From positions 1-64,000 of the forward strand of contig JBHJGN010000066.1 in NCBI GenBank assembly GCA_050331735.1: a stretch of 64,000 nucleotides of DNA. Reading direction: 5' to 3'. Both the position numbers and the translations under genes were made by a program. This DNA comes from Cyanophyceae cyanobacterium (GTDB taxonomy: Bacteria > Cyanobacteriota > Cyanobacteriia > Cyanobacteriales > JBHJGN01). Positions 51,170-60,937 of this stretch are shown piece after piece (position 1 is the first letter of the stretch; each line of letters begins with the position of its first letter). The notes below the pieces were generated by a model. The model had not been told where the DNA came from, did not search any database, and was given only the letters and a program-made list of their open reading frames with translations.

Positions 51170-51596
51170 GGTCGGCTCTCTTTAAGTGGAAGACGAATAT
51201 TCTACCCTATAGGTGTCCCACCTTGGTTTAGCTCTTACCAACCAAAAAGGTTATTGGAATGATGTCACAATGTTTTTTGTAACAGCTCATACTAATGAAG
51301 CAGTGGTATGACACCCTTCTTCCCAGTTGAGAGTTTATTTATGTTTAAGGCCGACGGCAATGCGTAATTAGGTTTAAGGGTTCAACACCTGGGGGCACAA
51401 ATGATCTTGATAACGGCAATTGCAGAGGAATTTGCGCTCCTTCCTGTAGATCCAGAGGAGCATTACGCTGTGTCTGGAGTAAGGTAGCGTATCCCGATCC
51501 GCTCGAAGCAGTACTAAAGTTTTAGGAACAGGCGAGAGCAATGAGCAATGAACAATCAACAAAAACCGAAACTGTCAGACCATACATCATGGGTTT

Positions 51597-52013
51597 TTAA
51601 GGAAGCCGATAGCTAGCAACGCGAATGGTGAGATTCCCTTGTCGAGGATCGCGGCTGAATATAAACGCTCCTTCCTCCGATTCATTACGAGAGAGAAAAT
51701 CGATTTGCTGCTCCCCAGTTTCTATCACTCCATTCACCGCTAGTTCGGCAACAATCTGAACCGATTCAGCGGTTTCCCCGCCTGTATTGGTAACGGAAAA
51801 AGGCACGTAGTATTGCCCAGAAGCTTGTCTAACTTCGCTACTCGAAACCTGCAATATGGGAGGCTGATGGTCTTGGAAAAGCCAAATATAGCTGACCAGT
51901 CCTACGATAACGCTCAGAATAACAACAGCAACGCCGAAACTCACCCATTCAGCAAAGGAGCGCCGCTTAGCTAGAGAATGATGGGTTTTAGAAGGGTGAT
52001 CGCCTTTGGTCAT
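51597..52013 (-). CDS. TIGR02588-like protein
   Basis: AEWVSF, TM helix, NTGGETAESVQI, GAFIFSRDP; paired with the upstream TIGR02587-like gene. Confidence 0.75.
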   Translation of the reverse strand: MTKGDHPSKTHHSLAKRRSFAEWVSFGVAVVILSVIVGLVSYIWLFQDHQPPILQVSSSEVRQASGQYYVPFSVTNTGGETAESVQIVAELAVNGVIETGEQQIDFLSRNESEEGAFIFSRDPRQGNLTIRVASYRLP

Positions 52014-52870
52014 ATCGCTAACCTTCCTGCTGCCCCACCCACCGTTGCCGGTAGCCCCAACAGCAGCGTCTGGCGCAACCACATTGCCCAGGGGTCGCTC
52101 GGACCGAGCCTTTGAAAGAACCACAGCATGGCAACAGCGGCAGCTAGCGAGACTAAATAGCACATTACGGTTTCGCTGAGCGGATGCTGAAAAATGCCGA
52201 TTTGCTGGCGGCGTTTGAGCTGATTGGCGAAGCGCGCTTGAAAGACGATTGCATAGGAGATAAGTAAAGAAGCAGCGACAACCGCAAGCAGCCAGGGACC
52301 AGAAACGGCAGCAACCAGCATCGGAATTTCATCGGTTGGAGCGATATTAAAAGCAATTAGCAAAGCGCCAATGAGAGTAGCCCCCACATCGGCGAGGGTA
52401 TCATTAAGGCGAGGGGAACGATTGTGATGATTTCTCTTGGGCGGGTTGGAGTTGTTATTGTTATTACTCAGGAACTGATTAGCTAGCGTTGCCCCTAGAG
52501 CAAACGGAACGCTTTCAAAAATGAGTTTACCCAATGCTTCCGATAGCTGAGTCTGGAGCGTGATTTCGCGCAGCAGTACCAGCGCCAAAGCCGCGCAAAC
52601 GATTCCAATGGCGATCGCCTCTACGCTATCTTTGGCGGCATCGAGACGACTGACGCGATTAATTTTCCGAAAGCCTTCGGTGCGGTTGAGGAAGAAGAGC
52701 ACAACCCAGGTAACTGCAATAGTTATCAGCATCAGCGGCGGAGACACCGACGAGCTAATCCACCAGACTTCCATCGTGTAAAGCAGGGGAATGCCAAACA
52801 AGAAGCCACCACAAGCAGCCCGAATCAAATCATCAAGCTCATGCTTCCATGCCGAATCTTGCTTCTTCAT
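52010..52870 (-). CDS. TIGR02587/DUF2391-like integral membrane protein
   Basis: GGFLFGIPLLYTMEVW, NIAPTDE, LGLPATVGGAAGRL. Confidence 0.8.
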   Translation of the reverse strand: MKKQDSAWKHELDDLIRAACGGFLFGIPLLYTMEVWWISSSVSPPLMLITIAVTWVVLFFLNRTEGFRKINRVSRLDAAKDSVEAIAIGIVCAALALVLLREITLQTQLSEALGKLIFESVPFALGATLANQFLSNNNNNSNPPKRNHHNRSPRLNDTLADVGATLIGALLIAFNIAPTDEIPMLVAAVSGPWLLAVVAASLLISYAIVFQARFANQLKRRQQIGIFQHPLSETVMCYLVSLAAAVAMLWFFQRLGPSDPWAMWLRQTLLLGLPATVGGAAGRLAI

Positions 52871-53026
52871 CGCCCCGCCTGGTACTTTAACCTCAATTTA
52901 ACCAATAGAGCTATTGTCTGATTGGGCGAGGAACTTGCCTATCTGTCGCCAGAAGTAATTGACTCGTGCTTTGTTTGAGCTGAAGCGCAATCGCCTGAAG
53001 TCTTTTTCTATACCCTCAGCAGCATA

Positions 53027-53986
53027 TTACCAGCTCGCTTGAGCATGAACTCGCAGTTTGAGCTGGTTTAGCGTTCTGCTCTGTTCAATTGTCGGATGCA
53101 ATCCGAACAGATAGAGCCTATCTAAATAGACATAAATAGCTCTCAGTCGGAGAAAAATCGGGATCAGTTCGGCACAATTAGCAGGCAGCGCTTTAACTTC
53201 CGAATAACCTGCCAGGATCTCCGCCTTAATGACTTCTCGATGGCGATGCTGGCGAAGGGCTGAAAGAGCAATGGCAATGTCGGCAGCAAACCAGTGATAG
53301 CAACAGTTTCCAAAGTCAAAAGCTACAATGCGATTGGTAATCGGACTGTAGTGAAAATTCTGAGGAGTATAGTCAGCGTGAATCACGCCAAATTCTGAGG
53401 ACTGTCCTAAGCAATGACAGCTCCTGAGAACTTCTTGATATTCCTGCCTTGAAGCAGAATCGTCTTGAGGAAGTAGCTGTTCTGCTTGCCGAAAGAGGAT
53501 TTCGTCATGCCAAATCCACGGTATAGGAGTTGTTGCAGATGGAGTATAGGTTTGAGAAGCTGTGTGAATAGCTGCCAAACTTTTGCCCCAGGCTCGAAAG
53601 AAACGACGATTCCAATCGGGCGAATCGGTTTCTACCCGAATTCCCTCAGCATAGGAAAGCACAGAAGCGATGAAAACGCCTGAGTGAGAAACCACTTCTG
53701 AAGTTAGTAAGCCCTGGTTGTTAGGAATTCCGTAGGCAACAGCGACAGACTGCTCTTTGAGGTGACGAAGAAATTCTAGTTCTGCCTTCACCTCCTCGCG
53801 ACTCCGAAACGTGGCATCGGTAAGACGCAGGATTTGCCATCCGTTCTCTGCCTTTTTGAATCGAAACACGGAATTTCCGGAATTGCTGATATGGGCGACC
53901 GTTCTCGGTAGTCCATTCCATTCAGTAACAATTGCCCGCGCTTCGCTAAGAGCGGCGTACTTAATCATGTCTTGAGGCTTTGCCAA
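53027..53986 (-). CDS. APH/choline-kinase-like phosphotransferase
   Basis: IHADYTPQN catalytic loop and FDFG. Confidence 0.82.
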   Translation of the reverse strand: MAKPQDMIKYAALSEARAIVTEWNGLPRTVAHISNSGNSVFRFKKAENGWQILRLTDATFRSREEVKAELEFLRHLKEQSVAVAYGIPNNQGLLTSEVVSHSGVFIASVLSYAEGIRVETDSPDWNRRFFRAWGKSLAAIHTASQTYTPSATTPIPWIWHDEILFRQAEQLLPQDDSASRQEYQEVLRSCHCLGQSSEFGVIHADYTPQNFHYSPITNRIVAFDFGNCCYHWFAADIAIALSALRQHRHREVIKAEILAGYSEVKALPANCAELIPIFLRLRAIYVYLDRLYLFGLHPTIEQSRTLNQLKLRVHAQASW

Positions 53987-54054
53987 GGCCAGCTCAAAGA
54001 GCGAAGCGCTATTCTAGCATTCAGTTGTCTGCGGCGATCGCCTTCTTTTAACCG

Positions 54055-54258
54055 TCAGTCTTTCTTAACGACGGTATAGCCACTCACGTACTGTTGTCCG
54101 TTGGGTAGCGTTGTCCAGGTCCACTGAACGTCCTCATTCTCGGCAAGTTCAACGCTAATTACTGGAGCAATCAGGTGCTGAGAAGGTAAGATACCAGTTG
54201 GTTGAGGGGCAAAGACGGTTCGCTTGGAGTGGTGAGCAACTACTGAATAATTCATCAT
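54055..54258 (-). CDS. Small hypothetical protein
   Basis: 67 aa with RBS-like CAGGT upstream; protein-like composition (EDVQWTWT…YVSGY). Confidence 0.5.
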   Translation of the reverse strand: MMNYSVVAHHSKRTVFAPQPTGILPSQHLIAPVISVELAENEDVQWTWTTLPNGQQYVSGYTVVKKD

Positions 54259-54453
54259 TAATACCTGTCTAAATCGTCTGGAAATTATATTCTTACACGG
54301 AACCGTGAAGCAATTGCGTGGGCTGAGCGGAGGGTCAAATATTATTTAGATATAGTAATGGTTTCCATTGCTTGAATCAGGCTGTCAACCGCCACGGTTT
54401 GAGTAGTTGGTCGTTCTTGGGCGATCGCCTTTTCCTTAACTAGCTGCCGATTG

Positions 54454-54690
54454 CTACAGTCCTGAAGGCAAATTATCCATTAGAGCACCTAACATCTTCT
54501 GAAAACTTTGGCGGAACCCGACAGCCAATAAACCGCAAGCCACCGTGGTTCCTGCCATGACCCACCAAAAATGATTAACGCGCCAGACTCCACCAAACAG
54601 GAGGAAAACAATCAGTCCAGCCCCGGCTCCTCCTAAAAATAGTAAAACTGTTTTGGCCATTTTCTTGATATTGCGTAGTTTTAGTTCCAT
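54454..54690 (-). CDS. Small two-TM membrane protein
   Basis: Two hydrophobic helices in 78 aa. Confidence 0.5.
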   Translation of the reverse strand: MELKLRNIKKMAKTVLLFLGGAGAGLIVFLLFGGVWRVNHFWWVMAGTTVACGLLAVGFRQSFQKMLGALMDNLPSGL

Positions 54691-54932
54691 TTCGATCTCT
54701 CATTGTATAACCTGATTCTCTCTAGAGAATGGCATCGCAAATGGGCTGATTCCACGACAGTTTGCCTTCTTCTACTAGCATCCCGGCGGCGACACTGGAA
54801 AAGCGTTTTAGGAGTGCGCAATAACAATTTTTTCATCGGGGCAAATCTGACTATTTATTTCAGTTGGGAGCCGCTTAAAAACCGAGACTTTTTATGAGGC
54901 GATCGCTCCCAACGCAGATGCCTATTATCCTT

Positions 54933-55844
54933 CTATGGGTCAGGAACATGGTGAGTATGCCAGTGACGAGCGATATCAACCCGACGACAGAACCAAACCT
55001 TATCGTGACTCTGCACGTAATCCAAAAAACGTGCCAGCGCGGCGGCGCGTCCGGGACGACCGGACAATCGGCAGTGTAACCCCACACTCATCATCTTGGG
55101 AGCCGTTTCTCCTTCGGCATACAATACATCAAAGGCATCGCGAAGATAAGTAAAGAACTGCTCTCCTGAGTTGAAACCTTGATAGGTGACGAAACGCATG
55201 TCGTTGTTATCGAGGGTATAGGGAATTACCAAATGGGGACGGCTATAGTCTGCAACCCAGTAGGGCAAGTCGTCGGCGTAGCTATCGGCATCGTAGAGAA
55301 ACCCTCCCGCTTCGACCACCAAGCGGCGAGTGTTCGGACTGACACGACCTTGGTAAAATCCCAGTGGACGACTGCCCGTAACCTGAGTATGAATTTCAAT
55401 GGCTTTGTAAATATGCTCTCGTTCGGTCTCTTCGCCAACATATTGATAGTCAATCCAGCGATAGCCGTGGCTCGCGACTTCCCATCCGGCGGCAACCATT
55501 GCCTCAGCAGCAGCCGGGTTTCGCTCTAAAGCCATCGCTACCGCATAGACCGTCACGGGAATCTGGCGTTGGGTAAAGAGTCGGTGTAGCCGCCAAAAGC
55601 CAGCTCGACTTCCGTATTCGTACACCGATTCTACGTTGAGATTCCGCACTCCCATTAGCGGTGAGGCTCCGATAGTCTCAGATAAAAAGGCTTCTGAGGC
55701 CGCATCACCGTGCAAAATACAGTTTTCACCTCCTTCTTCATAGTTGATTACAATCTGGAGAGCGAGGTGAGAGTCATTGGGCCAGTGAGGGTGAGGCGGA
55801 GTTTGACCGTAGCCAATCAGGTCGCGGGGATAGGAAGAAGTCAT
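54933..55844 (-). CDS. puuE: Allantoinase PuuE (polysaccharide deacetylase fold)
   Basis: YPRDLIGYG, NYEEGGE, ES.YEYGSRAG.WR, SHGYRW, PYTLD.NDMRF, GLHCRL.GRPGR. Confidence 0.93.
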   Translation of the reverse strand: MTSSYPRDLIGYGQTPPHPHWPNDSHLALQIVINYEEGGENCILHGDAASEAFLSETIGASPLMGVRNLNVESVYEYGSRAGFWRLHRLFTQRQIPVTVYAVAMALERNPAAAEAMVAAGWEVASHGYRWIDYQYVGEETEREHIYKAIEIHTQVTGSRPLGFYQGRVSPNTRRLVVEAGGFLYDADSYADDLPYWVADYSRPHLVIPYTLDNNDMRFVTYQGFNSGEQFFTYLRDAFDVLYAEGETAPKMMSVGLHCRLSGRPGRAAALARFLDYVQSHDKVWFCRRVDIARHWHTHHVPDP

Positions 55845-55875
55845 AGGTCAATTGAGTAAAACTCCTAGTTCACAT

Positions 55876-56751
55876 CTAGTACACTTCCGGGACAAAATTT
55901 TGCGTTTCTACCGGAGGGCGTTCGTATTCCATCACTGTTTGTCTGGGGGGTAATTCAAGGGGAGCAGGCGTCGAATCTTGATAAGGAATTCGGCTGAGCA
56001 GATGACTGATACAGTTGAGCCGAGCGCGTTTTTTGTCGTCGGCATTGACGACGTACCAGGGGGATTCTGGGGTATCTGTGGCCGCAAACATATCATCTTT
56101 AGCCTTAGAGTATTCCATCCATTTTTCCCGTGATTTTAGGTCTATGGGGCTGAGTTTCCAGCGCTTAGTGGGGTCGTCAATCCGCGCCTGGAAGCGTCGT
56201 TCCTGTTCGGTATCGCTGACGGAGAACCAATATTTAATCAGAATAATTCCTGAACGCTGCAAGATCACCTCAAATTGGGGGCAGGAGCGCAAGAACTCTT
56301 TGTACTCTTTATAGGTGCAAAAGCCCATCACTCGCTCTACACCGGCCCGATTGTACCAACTGCGATCGAAAAGAACCATTTCCCCGGCTGCTGGCAGATG
56401 GGCGACATAGCGCTGAAAATACCACTGGGTTTTTTCGCGATCGCTCGGTGTTCCGAGGGCGACGACGCGACAAACGCGGGGGTTAAGAGATTCGCTGATC
56501 CGCTTGATTACTCCTCCCTTGCCCGCAGCATCTCGTCCTTCAAAAATAACGACGACCTTTAATCCCTGATGCTTGATCCACTCCTGGAGTTTGACGAGCT
56601 CGATTTGTAAACGGCGCAGTTCTTTTTCGTAGACTTTCTTCTTAATCTTTGGTTTGGGCGGCTCTTGTTCGGTTTTGACCTGTAGCACTCCATCTCGTCC
56701 TTCTTCTGAAGGGTCAAAAAGATTAACTTTCCCATTAATGCTATTTATCAT
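55876..56751 (-). CDS. ppk2: Polyphosphate kinase 2
   Basis: FEGRDAAGKGG, FDRSWYNRAGVE, WKLSP.D. Confidence 0.95.
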   Translation of the reverse strand: MINSINGKVNLFDPSEEGRDGVLQVKTEQEPPKPKIKKKVYEKELRRLQIELVKLQEWIKHQGLKVVVIFEGRDAAGKGGVIKRISESLNPRVCRVVALGTPSDREKTQWYFQRYVAHLPAAGEMVLFDRSWYNRAGVERVMGFCTYKEYKEFLRSCPQFEVILQRSGIILIKYWFSVSDTEQERRFQARIDDPTKRWKLSPIDLKSREKWMEYSKAKDDMFAATDTPESPWYVVNADDKKRARLNCISHLLSRIPYQDSTPAPLELPPRQTVMEYERPPVETQNFVPEVY

Positions 56752-56965
56752 AACGTTTTCTTTTCCTGCGGTTTACAATTATTTAACCAGCTTATAAAGC
56801 TCTGGAGGAAGTAGGGGTATCGGGGACAACAAGAAAAGCAGAGCAAGATCAAGAAAAAGTTAAAGCGTGGTTGTTGCTAGATTAAGCTAGCTAGATAGGA
56901 TGAGGAAGGGTTTGTCAACCCTATCGCTTCGTTAGTGGATGGAATGTTGACCAACGGTCACCGTT

Positions 56966-57589
56966 TTATCTTGTTAGAGAATGTTTTTGCAACTGCGTCT
57001 GATAGCTAGTTGGCGTGTTCATATCGATGAAGACTTCTGGCGTAGCAAATTCAACTTGAACGATTGAGTTTTGCTTACACTGTGCGCGCTCTCCATATTT
57101 CTGAACAATTTGACGCAAACCCAAAGTGGCATCGCTGATGTTTTTTAAATCAGGTAATAGTCGATGAGAGAAAAGAAGAGGATGTCCTAGCTTACCTGCA
57201 TGACTTGGGGCGGTAATTGAAGCATTTTTCTCTCGATGGACTTTGTAAAGAGTTTGATAAACGTGAGCAGAACGAGGCTGATCGACGGCAGAAATGAACA
57301 GAACAGTCCACAGCGGTAAAGCGGCTAAGCCTGTCAGAATAGAACTTGTTTTTCCTCGTTCTGGTGCCGGATTAATCACTACTTGACTGCCTTGTGGGCA
57401 CTCTTTTTGGCGCTGAAGATTATGAGGTCCAAGAACGATAACGGGAGTAAAACCAGCTAGCAAAAACTGCTCCGCTTGATATTTTAAAAGAGTTCTACCC
57501 TGCCAAGGCAAAGTAGTTTTGCAGACCCCCATACGCTGAGAAGCCCCTGCTGCCAAGATAATTGAAAAGTTAGAGTTGCTGTTGACCAT
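56966..57589 (-). CDS. Molybdenum cofactor cytidylyltransferase-like (MocA family)
   Basis: ILAAGASQRMG..K, VDQP, GHPLLF, DMNTP; next to xdhC. Confidence 0.85.
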   Translation of the reverse strand: MVNSNSNFSIILAAGASQRMGVCKTTLPWQGRTLLKYQAEQFLLAGFTPVIVLGPHNLQRQKECPQGSQVVINPAPERGKTSSILTGLAALPLWTVLFISAVDQPRSAHVYQTLYKVHREKNASITAPSHAGKLGHPLLFSHRLLPDLKNISDATLGLRQIVQKYGERAQCKQNSIVQVEFATPEVFIDMNTPTSYQTQLQKHSLTR

Positions 57590-57735
57590 ATAACAAGTAA
57601 AAGGTTTAGGGTGAGCTTAAAAAATTCAGAATTGGTGCATTTTTATGATTAAAATTATCAAGTAAAACTTGTAGTAGAGAGAATATATACTATCAGCAAT
57701 TAACAATCAACAGTAATTTACCCAGTTAAAAGACA

Positions 57736-58779
57736 CTATAAATGAACCTTTTGCTGAGCCAGGGTTGATTGCATCCTTTCCGAGAGAGACAAACCCGTTC
57801 CCCCACGACGAACTTTAATTAATTCGGCACAGATACTGACAGCAATTTCTTCTGGCGTTAGGGCACCAATGTCTAAACCGATAGGTGCGTAGAAATGTTT
57901 CAACTTTTCCCTCGGAATTTCTTGCCGCTGGAGTGCTTGGCAGATCATTCGGATCCGTTTTTGACTACCGATCGCACCAACGTATTGATATGCTAAGGGA
58001 CGCTCTAGAATCGACTGCATAGCAATTAAGTCTTGTTGATACCCGCGCGTCACTAGCGCTATATAGAGTGGCGAAAACCGAGTCAGCCGATTCAAAGCCT
58101 CAGTAATTGGCATTGGCAATAGCAAAGCCTGGGGAAATCTTTGGCTTGTCACAAATTCTGGACGCTCGTCTTGGACCGCAATTTGAAAGCCTGCTATACT
58201 AGCGACTCGAGCTAAAGCAGCAGCAACATGACCCCCACCGACAATCAATAAGCGGGGCGGCGGCTCAATCGTTTCAACAAAATAGTCAGCAGGGGGAGTG
58301 TGATGGGGGAGGCGATCGCTTCTATCCTCTGTAACCAGGTAGGGTGGTTGATTGGCTGCTAAAGGCGTGACCAGCTTTCCCGCTTTTCCCGTCGCCAAAA
58401 GATGAAGAATCTGTTCGACAAGGGCGATCGCCTCCTCTCCTATTCGCGCCAACCATACCTGCACTGTGCCTCCACAAACTCCCTGAATATCCCTTCCCGG
58501 CGCACCAGTCAGATCGATGTTTACAAGCTGATTCCTGCCTGTTTCTAATACTGACAGTGCTTGTTGAATTACTTTTCCTTCTCCTGCACCCCCGCCGATG
58601 GTGCCGATAATTGTTCCAGCTTGACAAATCATCATCTTTGCGCCTACTTCCCTTGGCGCAGAACCAGTCACCTTAACGATAGTCGCTAACACGACTGGTT
58701 CTCGTTCTAGTTTTGCTTTCAGTTGTTGATAGAAAGCGCGGTCGCTAGTCACCGGATAGTAGAATGAGCTTTTGTCCAT
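57736..58779 (-). CDS. xdhC: XdhC/CoxI xanthine dehydrogenase accessory factor
   Basis: GSAPREVGAKM, GTIGGG, CGG, GGGHV, APIGLDIGA.TPEEIA.SI.AE. Confidence 0.93.
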   Translation of the reverse strand: MDKSSFYYPVTSDRAFYQQLKAKLEREPVVLATIVKVTGSAPREVGAKMMICQAGTIIGTIGGGAGEGKVIQQALSVLETGRNQLVNIDLTGAPGRDIQGVCGGTVQVWLARIGEEAIALVEQILHLLATGKAGKLVTPLAANQPPYLVTEDRSDRLPHHTPPADYFVETIEPPPRLLIVGGGHVAAALARVASIAGFQIAVQDERPEFVTSQRFPQALLLPMPITEALNRLTRFSPLYIALVTRGYQQDLIAMQSILERPLAYQYVGAIGSQKRIRMICQALQRQEIPREKLKHFYAPIGLDIGALTPEEIAVSICAELIKVRRGGTGLSLSERMQSTLAQQKVHL

Positions 58780-58858
58780 GCAGTATACGCCAGGTCTTAT
58801 AGTGTTTCTATCGGTTTTTCAGGTTAGTCAACGGCTCACAGCCGCTACACTAAGCTGC

Positions 58859-59530
58859 TTAGGAGTGGCTATGAATCGCTGGAGGCTGCATGGAGTCTTG
58901 AGGGGCGACAGAGGAACTCCAAAGATTTCGGAGAGAGGAAAGGGCAAGAAGTAGAAAGGCAATGGCACAAGCTCGATAAGTTAAATGTGTCCAAGTCATT
59001 CCCGCTTTCTGGAACACTTGGGCAACAAGTCCAGCACAGAAAAATGCCCAAAGAATTGACGACACCATAAAGCCCGTGAAAAAGACTAAGTAATGACTGA
59101 CTGTAGGCTCGCTAATGCCCACAGCGCCCATCGCACTGCCTAAAGCGGCCCAGTATGCAACATTTTGAGGATTGGTAACGGATAGTAAAACACCCGAACG
59201 CAACGCTTTCTTACGATCAGTGCTGACGTTGGCTTGAACAATAAATTTCTTATTGGCCTCTTGCCACGCATCCCAAGCTAGCCATAGCAAATAAATTACA
59301 CCAGCAATTCCCACTGAAAAGCGCAGGAAGTCCACCTGTAACAGAAAGCCAACGCCTGCTAAACCAAGCACAGCCCACAGAGCATCTCCGCTCAAGGAAC
59401 CAAGTTGAACGGCTAAAGCGGGTTTAAATCCACCTCTCGTTCCTTGGCAAATCGTTTCTGCGAAAACGGCTCCAGGGGCAGCGTTAAAAATGAATCCTAG
59501 AAGCAGTGCAGTCCAGAAAAGTGTGAACAT
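58859..59530 (-). CDS. LysE/RhtB family exporter (ChpE-like)
   Basis: AAPGA, G…G…GD, TNPQN..YW; about 6 TM helices. Confidence 0.85.
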   Translation of the reverse strand: MFTLFWTALLLGFIFNAAPGAVFAETICQGTRGGFKPALAVQLGSLSGDALWAVLGLAGVGFLLQVDFLRFSVGIAGVIYLLWLAWDAWQEANKKFIVQANVSTDRKKALRSGVLLSVTNPQNVAYWAALGSAMGAVGISEPTVSHYLVFFTGFMVSSILWAFFCAGLVAQVFQKAGMTWTHLTYRACAIAFLLLALSSLRNLWSSSVAPQDSMQPPAIHSHS

Positions 59531-60057
59531 CAGGTTTCAATTAATGATGGTCAAATTAGTAGCAGAGCGGTATGCAAGAGAATTGGTACTTTTATAGATT
59601 ATGCAACGAGACAATAATACCTTTACTTTACGCTAGACAAGAAAGACAGTAGTTAACTAAATATTAAAAATTTACTTATCAGAAAAGCAGTTCCTCCTAA
59701 CATTGCTACTGTAAAGGCAGTCTTCAACAATACGAATAAAACCCTGAATGGGCTATGCTTAAAATTTTTAGCTTCTTCTTTAAAAAGTGCGACAAAATCT
59801 TCTCTTATTTTGTTTAATCTAATCATCTAAAATACGTTTACACTAGCAAGCAAAATGAGTAATCCAAAGGGAAGGAGTCGTGAAGCCACAGTTTTTTCTC
59901 CTGAAAATAGCTGTTGAAAAGCAATTGGCAATACCTTCAACGGCTCAGCTAATTTAGCCCAAGCCCAAGGAAGGGCAGGAGTCCAAAAAACAAGTACGGT
60001 GGCTCTGTTGACGATCGAATTGAACTTGTAGTTATCCATAGTTTACTCTGTCAATCT

Positions 60058-60555
60058 TTATTTCAGTGGATGATATCCGACTAGCTGTCGCAGCTTTATC
60101 TCTGTCGTATTGAAAACAGTAATAGCGATCGCCAGGGCAGTACAGTTAATGCTATTTTTATCAATTCTGTTAGTAAATACATACTGTCTTAAAGCTTCAA
60201 CTGTAACGATGCCGCCTTCGATTGCCTCAATTTGAACTTTAAATCTATATAGTAAGCTCATGCCTACAAGCGGTTCTGTCTCTGATGCCGCCACATCAAC
60301 AACTTTGATCTGCCCATCCCAAATTACGCTTGCACGGTACATATCAAAGATGACTTCACTGCCATCTCCTAGTGTCCCAACGTTACGGAATATCCAAGGT
60401 AGTCGGAGTGACGCAACTGTAGAGAGTGGCAGAGCAAGAAAACCTGTGAAACCTGTGTCAATTACTGCCTCAACCATTTGCTTCGGGGCATCAGCATTAC
60501 CAACCGCAATCCGAATGATAGCTTCACAATGCTGATTCACGAAGCCCTGCATCAT
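60058..60555 (-). CDS. Clan AA (retroviral-like) aspartic protease
   Basis: AVIDTGF catalytic motif, LGDGS, PLVGMSLL. Confidence 0.85.
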   Translation of the reverse strand: MMQGFVNQHCEAIIRIAVGNADAPKQMVEAVIDTGFTGFLALPLSTVASLRLPWIFRNVGTLGDGSEVIFDMYRASVIWDGQIKVVDVAASETEPLVGMSLLYRFKVQIEAIEGGIVTVEALRQYVFTNRIDKNSINCTALAIAITVFNTTEIKLRQLVGYHPLK

Positions 60556-60561
60556 GATTGA

Positions 60562-60828
60562 TTACTTGAGACTTCGAGAACCAAAACGATAAACTGCACG
60601 ATGTCCAATCCGAATCACCCAGGGTTGAGCATCGGGATAGCGCTTATAGAGTTGCTCAGTTGCCATAATTGGCGTGTCAGCTACTTCAAACGCTCCTGTT
60701 TCAATGTCGATCGCAACAATTTTTCCATCGTTGCCTTCCTCAACGTGGAGACGCACCTGAGATTCATACATTTCCTGACCGCGTCGTGCAAATTCCTCCT
60801 TGCTGTAGCGGGGTTGTCGAAGCATCAT
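60562..60828 (-). CDS. Small partner protein of the clan AA protease (DUF5678-like)
   Basis: PRYSKEEFARRG..MYE…GKIVAIDIETG.FE…RIG, a pattern usually found upstream of such proteases. Confidence 0.7.
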   Translation of the reverse strand: MMLRQPRYSKEEFARRGQEMYESQVRLHVEEGNDGKIVAIDIETGAFEVADTPIMATEQLYKRYPDAQPWVIRIGHRAVYRFGSRSLK

Positions 60829-60937
60829 AAAAGCGTTCTCGTTTTACCTTTCCCCTACATCTTATAAAAGCCTATGTGGTTTCGGTCATGCAGTAGAATT
60901 GAAAATTTTAGAGCTTCCTCTACTCACGCTCTAACCG

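Noticed and set aside
51345..51562. Short open frames between the GNAT and TIGR02588-like genes
   Set aside because: No good start or RBS; begins within a heptamer repeat; no recognisable homology
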